Assembly: GCA_963832165.1 (NCBI GenBank)
Contig: CAWHTE010000011.1
Span: forward strand, 480,001-544,000
Direction of reading: 5' to 3'
Source of the DNA: an uncultured delta proteobacterium
Lineage (GTDB): Bacteria; Myxococcota_A; UBA9160; SMWR01
DNA length: 64,000 nucleotides
Positions 36,008 to 46,356 of the stretch are shown here, piece by piece. The stretch's first letter is position 1; each line of letters starts with the position of its first letter. The position numbers and the translations under genes were made by a program. The notes beneath the pieces were generated by a model. It worked only from the letters and a program-made list of their open reading frames with translations, searched no databases and was not told the DNA's origin.

Positions 36008-36473
36008 GTCCCGCTTCGAGCAGCGCCCGGGTCGCCGCTGCGATGCGTGGCGCCTTGCTCGCGCGGGGCCCCGCCACGTTCAAGACGCGCGGGCGAACCG
36101 CGGCGAGCCAGTCTTGCAGTCCGGCCGCTGCGGCTTCGGGAGCGACCTCGTCGAGATCGAGATGCAGCACGGGCTTGCCGGCGCGAGCGGCCTCTTCGAA
36201 CGTGAGCAGCGAGCCGCCGTCGAGCGGACCGTGCGAGACGATCAGCGTGGCATCGGAATCGCGCACGTTGCGCGCGGTGCGGACCGCGGGCTCGGCCGAT
36301 CCGGTCTCGACGAGCCTCGCATAGCGCTCGGGAATCGCTCCGTCCTCGGCGAGGCGGCCCTTCGGCACCCAGCCTCCGATCGGAATCCCGTGCTCGAGCG
36401 CAAAGTCGAGCGCGGCGCGATCGGCGCCGGTCTGACCTCCGGAGACGATCTTTTCGACGTCAGTCGGTATCAT
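35994..36473 (-). CDS. Putative molybdenum carrier-like (SLOG superfamily) protein
   Basis: KIVSGGQTGADRAALD, GGWVPKGRLAEDG, RTARNVRDSDATL, LNVAGPRAS. Confidence 0.88.
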   Translation of the reverse strand: MIPTDVEKIVSGGQTGADRAALDFALEHGIPIGGWVPKGRLAEDGAIPERYARLVETGSAEPAVRTARNVRDSDATLIVSHGPLDGGSLLTFEEAARAGKPVLHLDLDEVAPEAAAAGLQDWLAAVRPRVLNVAGPRASKAPRIAAATRALLEAGLRSR

Positions 36474-36486
36474 CGCGCACGAGAGG

Positions 36487-38661
36487 TCAGCGCCGCAGTG
36501 CGCGGAACTCTTCGGGATCGAACGCGTCGACCTCGATCGCGCGCTCGCGCGCGTCGTCGGCGGCGGCGAGCACACCGAGCTCGGTCGGGGTGATCGACGA
36601 CGGGTGCCGCGCCTCGATCTCGAGCGCGGGCTTCACGGCCGCGAGCGCGGCTTCGAGGTAGCCCAGACCCGCCTCGTCGACGGGCGGGACGAAGATCCCG
36701 GCCGTGAGCGCCTCGCGCGCGCGGTCGTCGCGCTGCAGCGCCTCGGCCACGCGCGAGCCCAGCGCATCGTCGGGTCCCGCCTCGCTGCGCCCGAACGGGA
36801 GCACGAGCAGCGAGAGCAGCCACGCAACGGGGCGCGACGGCAGGTTGCGAAGAACGCCCGCGAGCGCGCTCTCGATCTCGAAGAGCGCGCGCTCGACCGC
36901 CCACTGTGCGAACGGCTCCGCGCTCTGGAGCTGGCCTTCGTCGTGGAAGCGCTTCACGGTGGCGGAGCCCAGGTAGAGCCACGCGAATGCGTCGGCGAGC
37001 CGGCCCGTGATCGTCTCGCGCCGCTTGAGGCGTCCCCCGAGCGTCACCATGGCGGCCTCGGAGACGAGCGCGAACGCCGCACTCGCGCGGCTGAGCCGTT
37101 GCGTGTGCCGGTGCAGCGTGCCCGCGGGCGCGCGGCGGTCGAGCCGCCCGCGCGTGAGCGCGAGCCCGAACGCGCGCGCGACCGTCTTCAGCGCATGCGC
37201 GAGGTGACCGAAGAACGCGCGGTCGAAGCGCTCGAGATCCGCGTCGGCGACTGCGCGCATCTCCTCGAGCGCGAACGGATGACAGCGGATCGCGCCCTGG
37301 CCGAAGATGATCATCGAGCGCGTGAGGATGTTCGCTCCCTCGACCGTGATCGCGATCGGGATCGACACGTAGCTCCTGCCGAGGATGTTGCGCGGGCCGC
37401 GCATGATCGCGGCGCCTGCGCGGATGTCCATCGCGTCGTTCACGATGTCGCGCATCAGCTCGGTGCAGTAGGCCTTCACGATCGCCGACAGCACGGCGGG
37501 CCGTTCGCCCGCGTCGATCGCGGCGGCCGTGAGCCGGCTCGCGGCATCGATCGCGTAGGTGAGCCCGGCGATCCGCGCGAGCGGCTCCTCGACGCCCTCG
37601 AAGCGTCCGATCGGGGTGTCGAACTGCTCGCGCACGAGGGCGTAGGCGGACGCTACCCGCGCGCAGATCTTCGCGGTCGCCACCGCGACCGACGGCAGCG
37701 AGATCGCGCGGCCCGTGGCGAGGCACTCCATGAGCATTCGCCAGCCCTGACCCGCGCCCGCGCGCTCACCGATGATCGCGTCGAGCGGTACGAACACGCC
37801 GTCGCCCGACGTCGGACCGTTCTGGAACGGGACGCCCATCGGATCGTGCCGCGTGCCGATCTCGACGCCGGGCAGCGCGCTCGGGATCAGCGCGCACGTG
37901 ATGCCGAGATCCTCGATCTCGCCGAGCAGGTGATCGGGGTCGCGCAGCCGGAACGCGAGGCCGATCAGCGTCGCGACGGGCGCGAGCGTGATGTAGCGCT
38001 TGCGCCAGGACAGGCGGATGCCCAGCACCTCCTCGTCGCGCCACTTGTCGCGGCACACGATCCCCTCGCTCTGCGTCGCGGCGGCGTCGCTGCCCGCCTC
38101 GGGGCCCGTCAATGCGAAGCACGGGATCTCCTCGCCGCGTGCGAGGCGCGGCAGGTAGTAGTCGCGCTGCGCCTCGGTGCCGTAGTGGAGCAGGAGCTCC
38201 GCGGGGCCGAGCGAGTTCGGGACCATCACGGTCACTGCGGCGGTGAGGCTGCGGCTCGCGAGCTTCTGGATCACGGCCGCGTGCGCCTGTGCGGAGAACC
38301 CGAGCCCGCCATGGGACTCGGGGATGATCATCCCGAAGAAACGCTCGCGGCGCATGAACTCCCAGACGTCCTCGGGCAGGTCGCCAGTCTGCGTGATCAA
38401 CCAATCGTCGAGCCGCGCGCACAGCTGCTCGACGGGTCCCGAGAGGAACGCCTGCTCGGCGTCCGACAACAGTTTCGAGTGGAAGCGCAACAGCGCAGAC
38501 CAGTCGGGCGCGCCCGAGAAGAGCTCGCCGTCCCAGCCGACACTGCCGGCCTCGAGCGCGATCCGCTCGGTCTCGCCCAGACGCGGCAGCAGCCGCGCGA
38601 CTGGCGGCATGAGGAAGCGCGTGAGCCAGCGCTGCCGCAGGCGTGCGAGCCGCTCCGACAT
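36487..38661 (-). CDS. fadE: Acyl-CoA dehydrogenase, FadE type
   Basis: TVMVPNSLGPAELL, CFALTGPEAGSDA, KRYITLAPVAT, GRAISLP, ITVEGANILTR, QGAIRCHP. Confidence 0.9.
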   Translation of the reverse strand: MSERLARLRQRWLTRFLMPPVARLLPRLGETERIALEAGSVGWDGELFSGAPDWSALLRFHSKLLSDAEQAFLSGPVEQLCARLDDWLITQTGDLPEDVWEFMRRERFFGMIIPESHGGLGFSAQAHAAVIQKLASRSLTAAVTVMVPNSLGPAELLLHYGTEAQRDYYLPRLARGEEIPCFALTGPEAGSDAAATQSEGIVCRDKWRDEEVLGIRLSWRKRYITLAPVATLIGLAFRLRDPDHLLGEIEDLGITCALIPSALPGVEIGTRHDPMGVPFQNGPTSGDGVFVPLDAIIGERAGAGQGWRMLMECLATGRAISLPSVAVATAKICARVASAYALVREQFDTPIGRFEGVEEPLARIAGLTYAIDAASRLTAAAIDAGERPAVLSAIVKAYCTELMRDIVNDAMDIRAGAAIMRGPRNILGRSYVSIPIAITVEGANILTRSMIIFGQGAIRCHPFALEEMRAVADADLERFDRAFFGHLAHALKTVARAFGLALTRGRLDRRAPAGTLHRHTQRLSRASAAFALVSEAAMVTLGGRLKRRETITGRLADAFAWLYLGSATVKRFHDEGQLQSAEPFAQWAVERALFEIESALAGVLRNLPSRPVAWLLSLLVLPFGRSEAGPDDALGSRVAEALQRDDRAREALTAGIFVPPVDEAGLGYLEAALAAVKPALEIEARHPSSITPTELGVLAAADDARERAIEVDAFDPEEFRALRR

Positions 38662-39179
38662 CAGCCGAGCGAGCGGATGTACGCGATCAGGTCGCGCACA
38701 TCGTGGTTGGACAGCTGGCCCTGCCAGCCCTGCATCGCGCGCGTGCCGCCGAACGCGGCGGGGCCGTGCAGGATCACGCGCGCGAGGTCGACGTCCTCAC
38801 CGGCGCGGTTGTTCGCATCCGCGTCGATGTAGAACTTCCCGTCGGTGAAGTCGCGCGGCTTGGGATTGATCGCGGGCGAGGCGAGTCCATCGCCCTTTCC
38901 GCCGCCGCCGTGACAGAGCGCGCAGTGGGTCGCGTACAGCGCCTGGCCGTGCGCAGCATCGCCTCCGCTCCAATCGACGTCGTTGCGCTGCCGCGCGAGG
39001 TCGGTGGCCGCCGCGCGCGCGATCTCTTGCGCGGTCGGGTGGCCGGGCGACTGCGGGACTCCCGCGCCCTCCGGCGGCAGCACCTTCGGGTTGGCCGGAT
39101 CGGCCGGATCCGCGCGCTCGGAGTCCGAGCACGCGCATACGGCCAGGCAGAGCGCGAGGCACACGCACCGGATCTTCAC
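38661..39179 (-). CDS. Monoheme c-type cytochrome lipoprotein
   Basis: Lipobox-like VCAC; CALCHG...GDG...PKPRDFT; distal M; DLIAYIRSL. Confidence 0.88.
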   Translation of the reverse strand: MKIRCVCLALCLAVCACSDSERADPADPANPKVLPPEGAGVPQSPGHPTAQEIARAAATDLARQRNDVDWSGGDAAHGQALYATHCALCHGGGGKGDGLASPAINPKPRDFTDGKFYIDADANNRAGEDVDLARVILHGPAAFGGTRAMQGWQGQLSNHDVRDLIAYIRSLG

Positions 39180-39282
39180 ACTCGCCAAGCGTGCAACCGC
39201 CGTGCCACGCCCCGGTGTTCCGCGCGAACGGTTCCTGTGGCGAGCGCTCCCGTTTGTAGAAATCGTGTAGCGTCTGCACCGC

Positions 39283-40149
39283 TTGCCGCCTCGCGACGAC
39301 CGTCGTGCCCGGGAACGCGCGCTGGTGCTGCTGGCGCTGTGCGGAGTGCTCTGGAGCACCGCGGGCGTGCTGATCAAGCTGGTCGACTGGCACCCGGGTG
39401 CGATCTGGTCGGCGCGCTGCGCGATCGCGGCCGCGGTGCTCTACGCGATCCGCCGGCCCAACATGTCCGGCATCGCGCCCGCGGAGTGGAGCGCCGCAGC
39501 CGCGCTCGCGGCCACGACGGGGCTGTTCATCCTCGCGAATAAATGGACCACGCCCGCCAACGCGATCTTGATCCAGTACTCGGCACCCGTGTGGGTGGCG
39601 GTGTTCGGGCTGTGGTTCCTCGGCGAGCGCGCGACGCGCCTCGACTGGCTCGCGATCGCGGTCGTGCTCTGCGGCATCGCGCTGTTCTTCTTCGAGGACC
39701 TCGCGTTCGATCACGCGGCCGGCAACTTCGTGGCGCTCGCGGCGGGTGTGTCGTTCGCGGCCGGCGCGCTCACGATGCGCAAGGTGGCGCTGATCGAGAC
39801 GCCGTCCGGTCCGATCGATCCGATCCGGCCGCTACTGCTCGGCAACCTGCTCGGCGCAGTGATCGGCGCGCCGTTCTGGTGGGCGGCTCCCGCACCCGAT
39901 CTCGTGGGCTGGAGTGCGCTGCTCGCGCTCGGCGTGGTGCAGCAGGCCTTGGCCTATTTCTGCTATGCGGCGGCGATCCGCCACGCGCGTGCGCTCGACG
40001 TGATCCTGGTACCGGTGGTCGAGCCGATCCTCTCTCCGCTCTGGGTCGCACTCGCGTTCGGCGAATGGCCGGGCCCGTGGGCGCTGCTCGGAGGGGGGAT
40101 CGTCGTAGGTGCGGTGACCGCGCGCGGTGTGATCCGGCCGCGCGGCTGA
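39283..40149 (+). CDS. DMT/EamA family transporter
   Basis: About 10 TM; LWSTAGVLIK, ANAILIQYSAP, VEPILSPLWV...GEWP. Confidence 0.9.
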   Translation: MPPRDDRRARERALVLLALCGVLWSTAGVLIKLVDWHPGAIWSARCAIAAAVLYAIRRPNMSGIAPAEWSAAAALAATTGLFILANKWTTPANAILIQYSAPVWVAVFGLWFLGERATRLDWLAIAVVLCGIALFFFEDLAFDHAAGNFVALAAGVSFAAGALTMRKVALIETPSGPIDPIRPLLLGNLLGAVIGAPFWWAAPAPDLVGWSALLALGVVQQALAYFCYAAAIRHARALDVILVPVVEPILSPLWVALAFGEWPGPWALLGGGIVVGAVTARGVIRPRG

Positions 40150-40181
40150 GGGGATACACTGCGCGCGGAGCCCGAGAGCCG

Positions 40182-41993
40182 ATGACGTTCGCGATCGCCC
40201 GACACATCCAGCGCGTCTCGCGCGAGAACCCGGCGCTCGTGCTGCGCTTCGCCGCGACCTCGCTCGGCCGCACCGCGCTCGCGATGGCGTCGATCCTGCT
40301 GATCCGCGAGTACCTCGAGCTCGCGGGCGCGCTAGGCGCCGGTACGGCGCTGGCGGTGGTCGCGCTGCTGTTCATCGCGTGCAGCATCGGCGGGAGCGTT
40401 CTCAACTACGACAACAACGTGGCTCAGCAGCGGCTCGTCAAGGTCGTCGAGCTGGGCATGATGGAGCGCCTGATCCGGCACCTGCTCGGGCTCTCGGTGC
40501 CGTTCTTCGACTCGCGCAGCCATGGCGACGTGATCACGGCGATCCGGCAGGACGTGACGAACCTGCGCGTCGCCACGCTCGCGCTCGGCAAGATCATTCT
40601 CGAGGGGCCGATGGCCGCGGGCCTGATCCTCACCGCGTTCTGGCTCTCCCCGCGGCTCGCATTCTGGTCGCTGCTCGCGCTCCCGCTCGCGGTGGTGCCG
40701 CTCGTGAAGATCGCTCAGCGCATCCTCGCGCGTTCGTTTGCGGTTCGGCGCAGCGGCTACGTGCTGTTCGACGCGATCCTCGAGCTCATGCGCGGTATCC
40801 GCATCATCAAGGCCTATCACGGCGAGGATCGCGAGGCGGGCGCGGCGATCGAAAAGGGTCGCGAGTACTTCGACCAGCTGATCGACCTGACGCGCGTGGA
40901 GTCGCTGTCGACGGTGGTGCTCGAATCGCTCGGGGGCCTCTCGATCGTGGTGGTGATCATCGTGGGTGGCCTCGAGGTGATGCAGAACACGCTCGGCTGG
41001 CCGTCGCTGCTCGCCTTCGTGATGGCGTTGCGCGCGCTGTTCGGGCCGCTCAACAACCTCAACCTGAACTGGATGCTGATGCAGCGACAGGGCGCCGGCG
41101 TGGCGCGGATCGACGAGCTGCTCGCCGAGCGACCGCAGATCGAGGACGCTCCGGACGCGGTGGTGCTCGCGGGCGCCCCGGGCTCGATCGCGCTCGACAA
41201 CGTCTCGTTCAGCTACGGCGAGAAGACGATCCTCGACAGCGTCACGATCGAGGTGAAGGCGGGCGAGAAGATCGGGATCACGGGGCCCTCGGGCGTCGGC
41301 AAGACGACGCTCTTGAACCTGATCGCGCGCTTCTACGACCCGAGCAGCGGGGCCGTCCGCTACGACGGGCGCGATCTCCGCGAGTACACGGTGGAGTCGG
41401 TCTACCGGCAGATCGCGATCGTCACGCAGGAGCCGCTGCTCTTCGCCGCGACCATTCGCGACAACATCCGCTGTGGGCGTCCCGAGGCGAGCGATGGCGA
41501 GGTGGAGGCCGCGGCGCGCGCGGCCGAGGTGCACGAAGAGATTACGGTGCTGCCGGCGGGCTACGACACGATCGTGGGCGTGGGCGGGCGCCGTCTCTCG
41601 GGCGGACAGGCGCAGCGCATCAACATCGCGCGAGCGCTGCTCAAGGACGCCGGCATCCTGCTGCTCGACGAGCCCACCTCGAGCCTCGACTCGATCTCCG
41701 ACGTGCGCGTGCGCCGCGCCCTCGCGCGGCTGATGCGGGGACCGACCACGTTCCTCGTCTCGCACCGCCTGTCCACGATCGGCGACGCCGACCGAATCCT
41801 CGTGCTCGAGCGCGGCCGCATCGCGGGTCTCGGCACGCACGACGAGCTGCTCGCGTCGTGCCCGCTCTACCGGTCGATCTGGGATGCCCACCAGCTCGGG
41901 GAGGAGTCCACGCCGGCTCGTCCACCCGTGGAGCTGGGCGAGGACCCGCTCGAAACCGGGCTCCTGACCCCCGACATGGAGCTTCTGCGTTAG
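40182..41993 (+). CDS. ABC exporter, fused TMD-NBD (MsbA-like)
   Basis: GPSGVGKTT, LSGGQAQRI, LLLDEPTSSLD, SHRLST; N-terminal TM domain. Confidence 0.92.
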   Translation: MTFAIARHIQRVSRENPALVLRFAATSLGRTALAMASILLIREYLELAGALGAGTALAVVALLFIACSIGGSVLNYDNNVAQQRLVKVVELGMMERLIRHLLGLSVPFFDSRSHGDVITAIRQDVTNLRVATLALGKIILEGPMAAGLILTAFWLSPRLAFWSLLALPLAVVPLVKIAQRILARSFAVRRSGYVLFDAILELMRGIRIIKAYHGEDREAGAAIEKGREYFDQLIDLTRVESLSTVVLESLGGLSIVVVIIVGGLEVMQNTLGWPSLLAFVMALRALFGPLNNLNLNWMLMQRQGAGVARIDELLAERPQIEDAPDAVVLAGAPGSIALDNVSFSYGEKTILDSVTIEVKAGEKIGITGPSGVGKTTLLNLIARFYDPSSGAVRYDGRDLREYTVESVYRQIAIVTQEPLLFAATIRDNIRCGRPEASDGEVEAAARAAEVHEEITVLPAGYDTIVGVGGRRLSGGQAQRINIARALLKDAGILLLDEPTSSLDSISDVRVRRALARLMRGPTTFLVSHRLSTIGDADRILVLERGRIAGLGTHDELLASCPLYRSIWDAHQLGEESTPARPPVELGEDPLETGLLTPDMELLR

Positions 41994-41997
41994 GCGG

Positions 41998-43125
41998 TCA
42001 GCCCGCCATCGAGTCGAGCATTCGTAGATCCCAGCTCGCGGGGTCGAGCAGCGCGTGCGCGCCGAGCGACCACTCGGCCTCGCCGCTCGCGCGCGTCGCG
42101 CGGACCAGCGCGCACGGTCCGCCGCGCACGCCGCGCACGCCGCGCGCGGGCTCGAGCGGCTCGAAGCCGCGCTCTGCCAGCAGCGCCCGCTCGTGCGGCG
42201 AGATGCGGGCCCCCCACGCCACGAGCTCTGCGAAGCGCCCCGTGTCGATCGCCGCCGCGAGCAGCTCCGCGCGCACGCGCGCGTCGCTGCCTTCGAGATC
42301 GGCGATGCAGACGCGCGGTGTCGGGTGGAGGCGCATCTTCTGTGCGCGCAGCACCAGATAGCCGTCGAGACGCTCGCCCTGCGCGCGATAGAGGAAGCGG
42401 TACTCGTACATCGGGTTGGCGAAACGCCACGCGAGGTACTCGCGCGAGCGCACGTGGCGCAGCCGACCGTCGTGACCGCGCCGCGCGCAGAGCTCGGCCA
42501 TCGCATCGGGCCGCGGCTCGCGCGCGATCGCCACGCCGGAGGGGGAGGGCGCGGCGTCGAGCCGGCGGAACGGCCGGCGCTCGTCGGCAGAGCGCACGAG
42601 CCCGGACCAACGCCACAGCACGGGCATGTTGCGGATCCGCTCGCGCACGGCCGCACGGCGGTGGACGCCGGGCTCGCGCCGAACCATAGGCTCGTGCTTG
42701 CCCGCGCTCTTCCAGCCCTGCGCGAGCGATCCGAGCAGCGTGACCGAGCCCGCGCTCAGGCTGAACACGTAGTCGACGCCCTCGGCGGCGAGATCCGCGA
42801 GCGCGGCACGCATGATCTGCGCCACGAGGCCCGTGTTGCGCTCACCGGCGGCGATCGCCTGATCGTCCGCGAGCGGCACGGCGACCACGCGCACGGGCGT
42901 CCCCACCTCCCAGCGCGACTCGTAGAAGCCGCGCATGCCCACCACGACTCCGTCGCGCAGCCCGAGATAGATCCGCGGCGCAGTCGCCCACGGGTTCGCC
43001 TCGTACTTCCACTCGAGATAGCGCCGATTCGCCGCGGGATCGGGGCTCCATAGAACCGTCTGGAGCTGCGCCACCGCTTCCTTGTGCTCGGACCGGTAGC
43101 GCGTGATCTCGAGCGCACCGCTCAT
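41998..43125 (-). CDS. GNAT-family protein (likely tandem GNAT fold)
   Basis: YLEWKYEANP, RNTGLVAQI, RSREYLAWRFANP; coupled to the ACP gene. Confidence 0.7.
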   Translation of the reverse strand: MSGALEITRYRSEHKEAVAQLQTVLWSPDPAANRRYLEWKYEANPWATAPRIYLGLRDGVVVGMRGFYESRWEVGTPVRVVAVPLADDQAIAAGERNTGLVAQIMRAALADLAAEGVDYVFSLSAGSVTLLGSLAQGWKSAGKHEPMVRREPGVHRRAAVRERIRNMPVLWRWSGLVRSADERRPFRRLDAAPSPSGVAIAREPRPDAMAELCARRGHDGRLRHVRSREYLAWRFANPMYEYRFLYRAQGERLDGYLVLRAQKMRLHPTPRVCIADLEGSDARVRAELLAAAIDTGRFAELVAWGARISPHERALLAERGFEPLEPARGVRGVRGGPCALVRATRASGEAEWSLGAHALLDPASWDLRMLDSMAG

Positions 43126-43376
43126 GGGCGCGCCGCCAGGCGCGCGTCCACGAACGCCACGATGTCGCTCACGCTGGCCCACTCCTGCGCGAGGTCGAAG
43201 GTCGTTGGGTCGATCGGTGCCCCCGTGCGCTCCTCGATCCAGAGCACCAGGTTGAACAGCGCGAGCGAGTCGAGGAGCTCGCACTCGAACAGTCGCACCG
43301 CGTCGCACACGTCCTCGGGCAATTCGACGCCCTGATCGGCCAGGAACGCCAGCAGGTCGTCGCGGAGCGACACCAC
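43122..43376 (-). CDS. Acyl/peptidyl carrier protein
   Basis: 84 aa, acidic, LLDSLALFNLVLWIE phosphopantetheine motif. Confidence 0.88.
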   Translation of the reverse strand: MVSLRDDLLAFLADQGVELPEDVCDAVRLFECELLDSLALFNLVLWIEERTGAPIDPTTFDLAQEWASVSDIVAFVDARLAARP

Positions 43377-43382
43377 GCAGCG

Positions 43383-44909
43383 TCAGCGGCCCGCGCTGGT
43401 GCGGCGCCCGGGCAGTCGCGTCTGCGGGAGCTCGGCGCAGCGGCGCCCGACCTCCTCGCGGTTGACCTTGCCGCGCGAGGTGCGCGGGATCTCGTCGAGC
43501 AGGTACCAGCGCTGCGGGAGCTGGTGGACCGCGAGATGGTGCGCGCACCAGGCCTCGAGGCGCGCGAGCACTTCGTCGGAGCGCGAGTCCAGCACCACGG
43601 CGATCCCGACGCTCTCGCCGTGCAGAGCGTCCGGGTACGCGAACGTGCATACGTCGCGCGTCGCCTCGAAGCGCTCCACCACCGAGTCGATGTCGCCCGG
43701 GTAGATCTTCATGCCGCCCTTGTTGATCTCCTCGCGCTCGCGGCCGCGCAGATAGAGCCGACCGCGCTCGTCGACGAGCCCGATGTCGCCCGTCATGAAC
43801 CAGCCCTGGCTCACCACCTGATCGGTCAGGTCGGGGCGGTCGAGGTAGCCCTTCATGAGCGCCGGTGTGTTGACCCACACGTAGCCCGGCTGTCCGGCGG
43901 GACAGGGGTCCACGACACCCGGCGGTGTCGCGGGGTCGCGCGTCGGGAGCACGCGGATCACTCCGCCCCAGACCTCGCCCACGAGTCCGTCCTCGGGCTC
44001 GAATTCGGCGAGCGTGGTGCCCGCGAGCCAGCTCCCGGTCTCGGTGATCCCGTACGCGTTCCACACCTCGCGCGCTCCGGTCCACTCCTGGATCGACCGC
44101 CACAGCGCCGCCGAGAGCGGCGCCGATCCGCAGAACACGCGCTGCACCGACCGGGCTGCGGGCGGCCGCGCCGTCTTGAGCGCGAGCCGCCACACGGACG
44201 GCACCGAGGAGAGGAAGGTGATGGCGTGGCGGTCGAGCAGCGCGCCGAGCTGGAGCAGGAGGTCGGCGCGGAACGGCGGCAGGATGTAGAGGTCCTGCTC
44301 GAACAGCCACGGGAACAGGCTGTTGCACACGAGCCCGTGCCCGAAGTGAGTCGGCAAGAGGCATAGCGTGCGCCGGAACGCCTCGAGACCGAGGCTCTGA
44401 CGCAGCGTGATCCAGCGCGCGCGCAGCGAGCGGTGGGTGTGGACGACGCCTTTGGGCTGGCCCGTGGTGCCCGAGGTGAACAGGATCAGTGCGTCGTCGT
44501 CGAGCGCGATCCGGCTCGGCGGCGCCGCCCCCTGTGCGCTGCCCGGCTCTTCCTCGACCGCCGCGATCGCGACGCCGAGCCCCTCGAGCGATCGGGACAG
44601 CGCTGCATCGGGCGCCTGCTCCCACACCGAGATGCGCGGCTGCGCGGCGCGCGCGAGCGTCTCCACCTCGAACGCGGTCATGCGGCCGTCGACCGGAACT
44701 GCGCAGGCGCCGAGGCGCCAGATCGCGAGCAGGTCGGCGAAGAATTCGGGGCGATTGCCGTAGTGGAGAAACGCGCGCCCTCCGCGCTCGAGGCCTAGCC
44801 CCGCGAATCGGGCCATGCGCCGCTCGCAGCGCGCGAGCACCTCGTCGGGCTCCCAGACACGGTCGGCGAGGGGATCGACGAGGCGCCCCAGGCGCGAATC
44901 GGCCAGCAC
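43383..44909 (-). CDS. Class I adenylate-forming enzyme (acyl-AMP/CoA ligase)
   Basis: FTSGTTGQPKGV, YGITE, TGDIG, GREREEINKGG, PRTSRGKV. Confidence 0.93.
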   Translation of the reverse strand: MLADSRLGRLVDPLADRVWEPDEVLARCERRMARFAGLGLERGGRAFLHYGNRPEFFADLLAIWRLGACAVPVDGRMTAFEVETLARAAQPRISVWEQAPDAALSRSLEGLGVAIAAVEEEPGSAQGAAPPSRIALDDDALILFTSGTTGQPKGVVHTHRSLRARWITLRQSLGLEAFRRTLCLLPTHFGHGLVCNSLFPWLFEQDLYILPPFRADLLLQLGALLDRHAITFLSSVPSVWRLALKTARPPAARSVQRVFCGSAPLSAALWRSIQEWTGAREVWNAYGITETGSWLAGTTLAEFEPEDGLVGEVWGGVIRVLPTRDPATPPGVVDPCPAGQPGYVWVNTPALMKGYLDRPDLTDQVVSQGWFMTGDIGLVDERGRLYLRGREREEINKGGMKIYPGDIDSVVERFEATRDVCTFAYPDALHGESVGIAVVLDSRSDEVLARLEAWCAHHLAVHQLPQRWYLLDEIPRTSRGKVNREEVGRRCAELPQTRLPGRRTSAGR

Positions 44910-45011
44910 ACGAACCCCTCCCGCCCCATCATCGGCAGAACCGTCCAGGGGCGCTGAACTACCCCAGGCTCTACGATGCCCCATTCTTCCATTCCGAGAG
45001 ATGCGCCGCAC

Positions 45012-45452
45012 ATGGATCAAGACACCGCGATCGCGTCGGTCGGGCATGCGATCCAGCTCTCGGTTGCGCCCGTCTTCCTGCTGTCGGGCATCGGCGCGAT
45101 GCTCGCGGTGATGACCAACCGCATGTCGCGGATCGTCGACCGCGGTCGCATCCACGAGGCGCGGCTCGCGAATGCGGCCCCCGAAGAGGCGGTCGCGCTG
45201 CACGACAGCCTCGCCGTGCTGTCGCGGCGCGCCAAGCTCATGAACCGGGCGATCACGCTGTGCACGATCACGGCACTGTTCGTGTGCTCGGTGGTGGCCA
45301 CGCTGTTCGTCGGCGTGTTCTTCGAGTTCAATACCGCGCTGCCGGTGGCGGTGCTGTTCGTGTTGGCGATGGCGACATTCTTCACCGCGCTCCTGTTCTT
45401 CCTGCGCGAGATCTTCGTCGCGACGGCGAGCCTGCGGATCGGAGCCCAATAG
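45012..45452 (+). CDS. DUF2721-like membrane protein
   Basis: IQLSVAPVFLLSGIG...TNRMSRIVDR...FLREI. Confidence 0.85.
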   Translation: MDQDTAIASVGHAIQLSVAPVFLLSGIGAMLAVMTNRMSRIVDRGRIHEARLANAAPEEAVALHDSLAVLSRRAKLMNRAITLCTITALFVCSVVATLFVGVFFEFNTALPVAVLFVLAMATFFTALLFFLREIFVATASLRIGAQ

Positions 45453-45456
45453 GGGT

Positions 45457-46356
45457 GTGTCGGAAGGCGCGACCCTTCCGCTAGGATCCGCCGACGCCCG
45501 CGCCCCTTGCGACTCCCGTTTGTCACACCCCGAGCCGACCCTCGAACCGTCCAGCGAGCCCGCGGCGATCTTTCGCCGTGAGGGTGAGCTGCTCGTGCCC
45601 TCGCTGCTCGCGCAGGGACCGTGGAACCCGGAGCATCTGCACGGCGGGCCGATCTGCGGCGTGATCGCGCGCGCGATCGAGGCCTGCGAGAGCCCGGTGC
45701 CGATGCGCGTCGCACGCATGACCGTCGAGATGACGCGCGCGGTGTCGATGGCGCCGTTCGCGGTGCGCGCCGAGGTGACGCGCGCAGGCCGGCGGATCCA
45801 GCAGATCGACGCGCGCATCGAAGCCCGCGGTCAGACCCTCGTGCGCGCGACGGTGCTGCGCGTGCGCGTGGCCGAGGTCGATCCGGCGCTGCGCATCGCG
45901 GTCGCCGAGCCCGTGCCCGAGCGCGCACCGGGTCCGCCGCGCGACCCCGAGCTCATGCGCGTGTTCGCGCCCGGCTTCGTCCGCTCGCTCGATTTCATGC
46001 GCACGCGCGTGGCCACGCGCGAGAGCGGCGGCGTGACGTGGGCGCGTCTGCGCGTTCCGCTCGTGGAGGGCGAGGCCCTGACGCCGTTCGTGCGGCTGGC
46101 CACGCTGTGCGACTTCGCGAGCGGCACCGGCAACGCGCTCGACTTCACGCGGTTCACCTCGATCAACCCCGATCTCTCGCTCCACGTGCTGCGCGCGCCG
46201 CGCGGCGAGTGGATCGGGATCACCGCGCACAGCGGCATCGAATCCGATGGCATCGGGCAATCGCACGCGACGCTGTTCGACGGCGAGGGAGCGATCGCGC
46301 GCGCGCTCGTGTCGCTGCTCGTGGAGCGCCGGGCCGGAGCCGGGGACCCGCCTTAG
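45457..46356 (+). CDS. Thioesterase family (double hot-dog, TesB-like)
   Basis: GPWNPEHLHGGP, RAGRRIQ, CDFASG, INPDLSLHVLRAPRGEWI; start uncertain. Confidence 0.85.
   Translation: MSEGATLPLGSADARAPCDSRLSHPEPTLEPSSEPAAIFRREGELLVPSLLAQGPWNPEHLHGGPICGVIARAIEACESPVPMRVARMTVEMTRAVSMAPFAVRAEVTRAGRRIQQIDARIEARGQTLVRATVLRVRVAEVDPALRIAVAEPVPERAPGPPRDPELMRVFAPGFVRSLDFMRTRVATRESGGVTWARLRVPLVEGEALTPFVRLATLCDFASGTGNALDFTRFTSINPDLSLHVLRAPRGEWIGITAHSGIESDGIGQSHATLFDGEGAIARALVSLLVERRAGAGDPP

Noticed and set aside
42121..42147. 9-bp tandem repeat in the GNAT gene (RGV repeats)
   Set aside because: Short, in frame and unremarkable in GC-rich DNA
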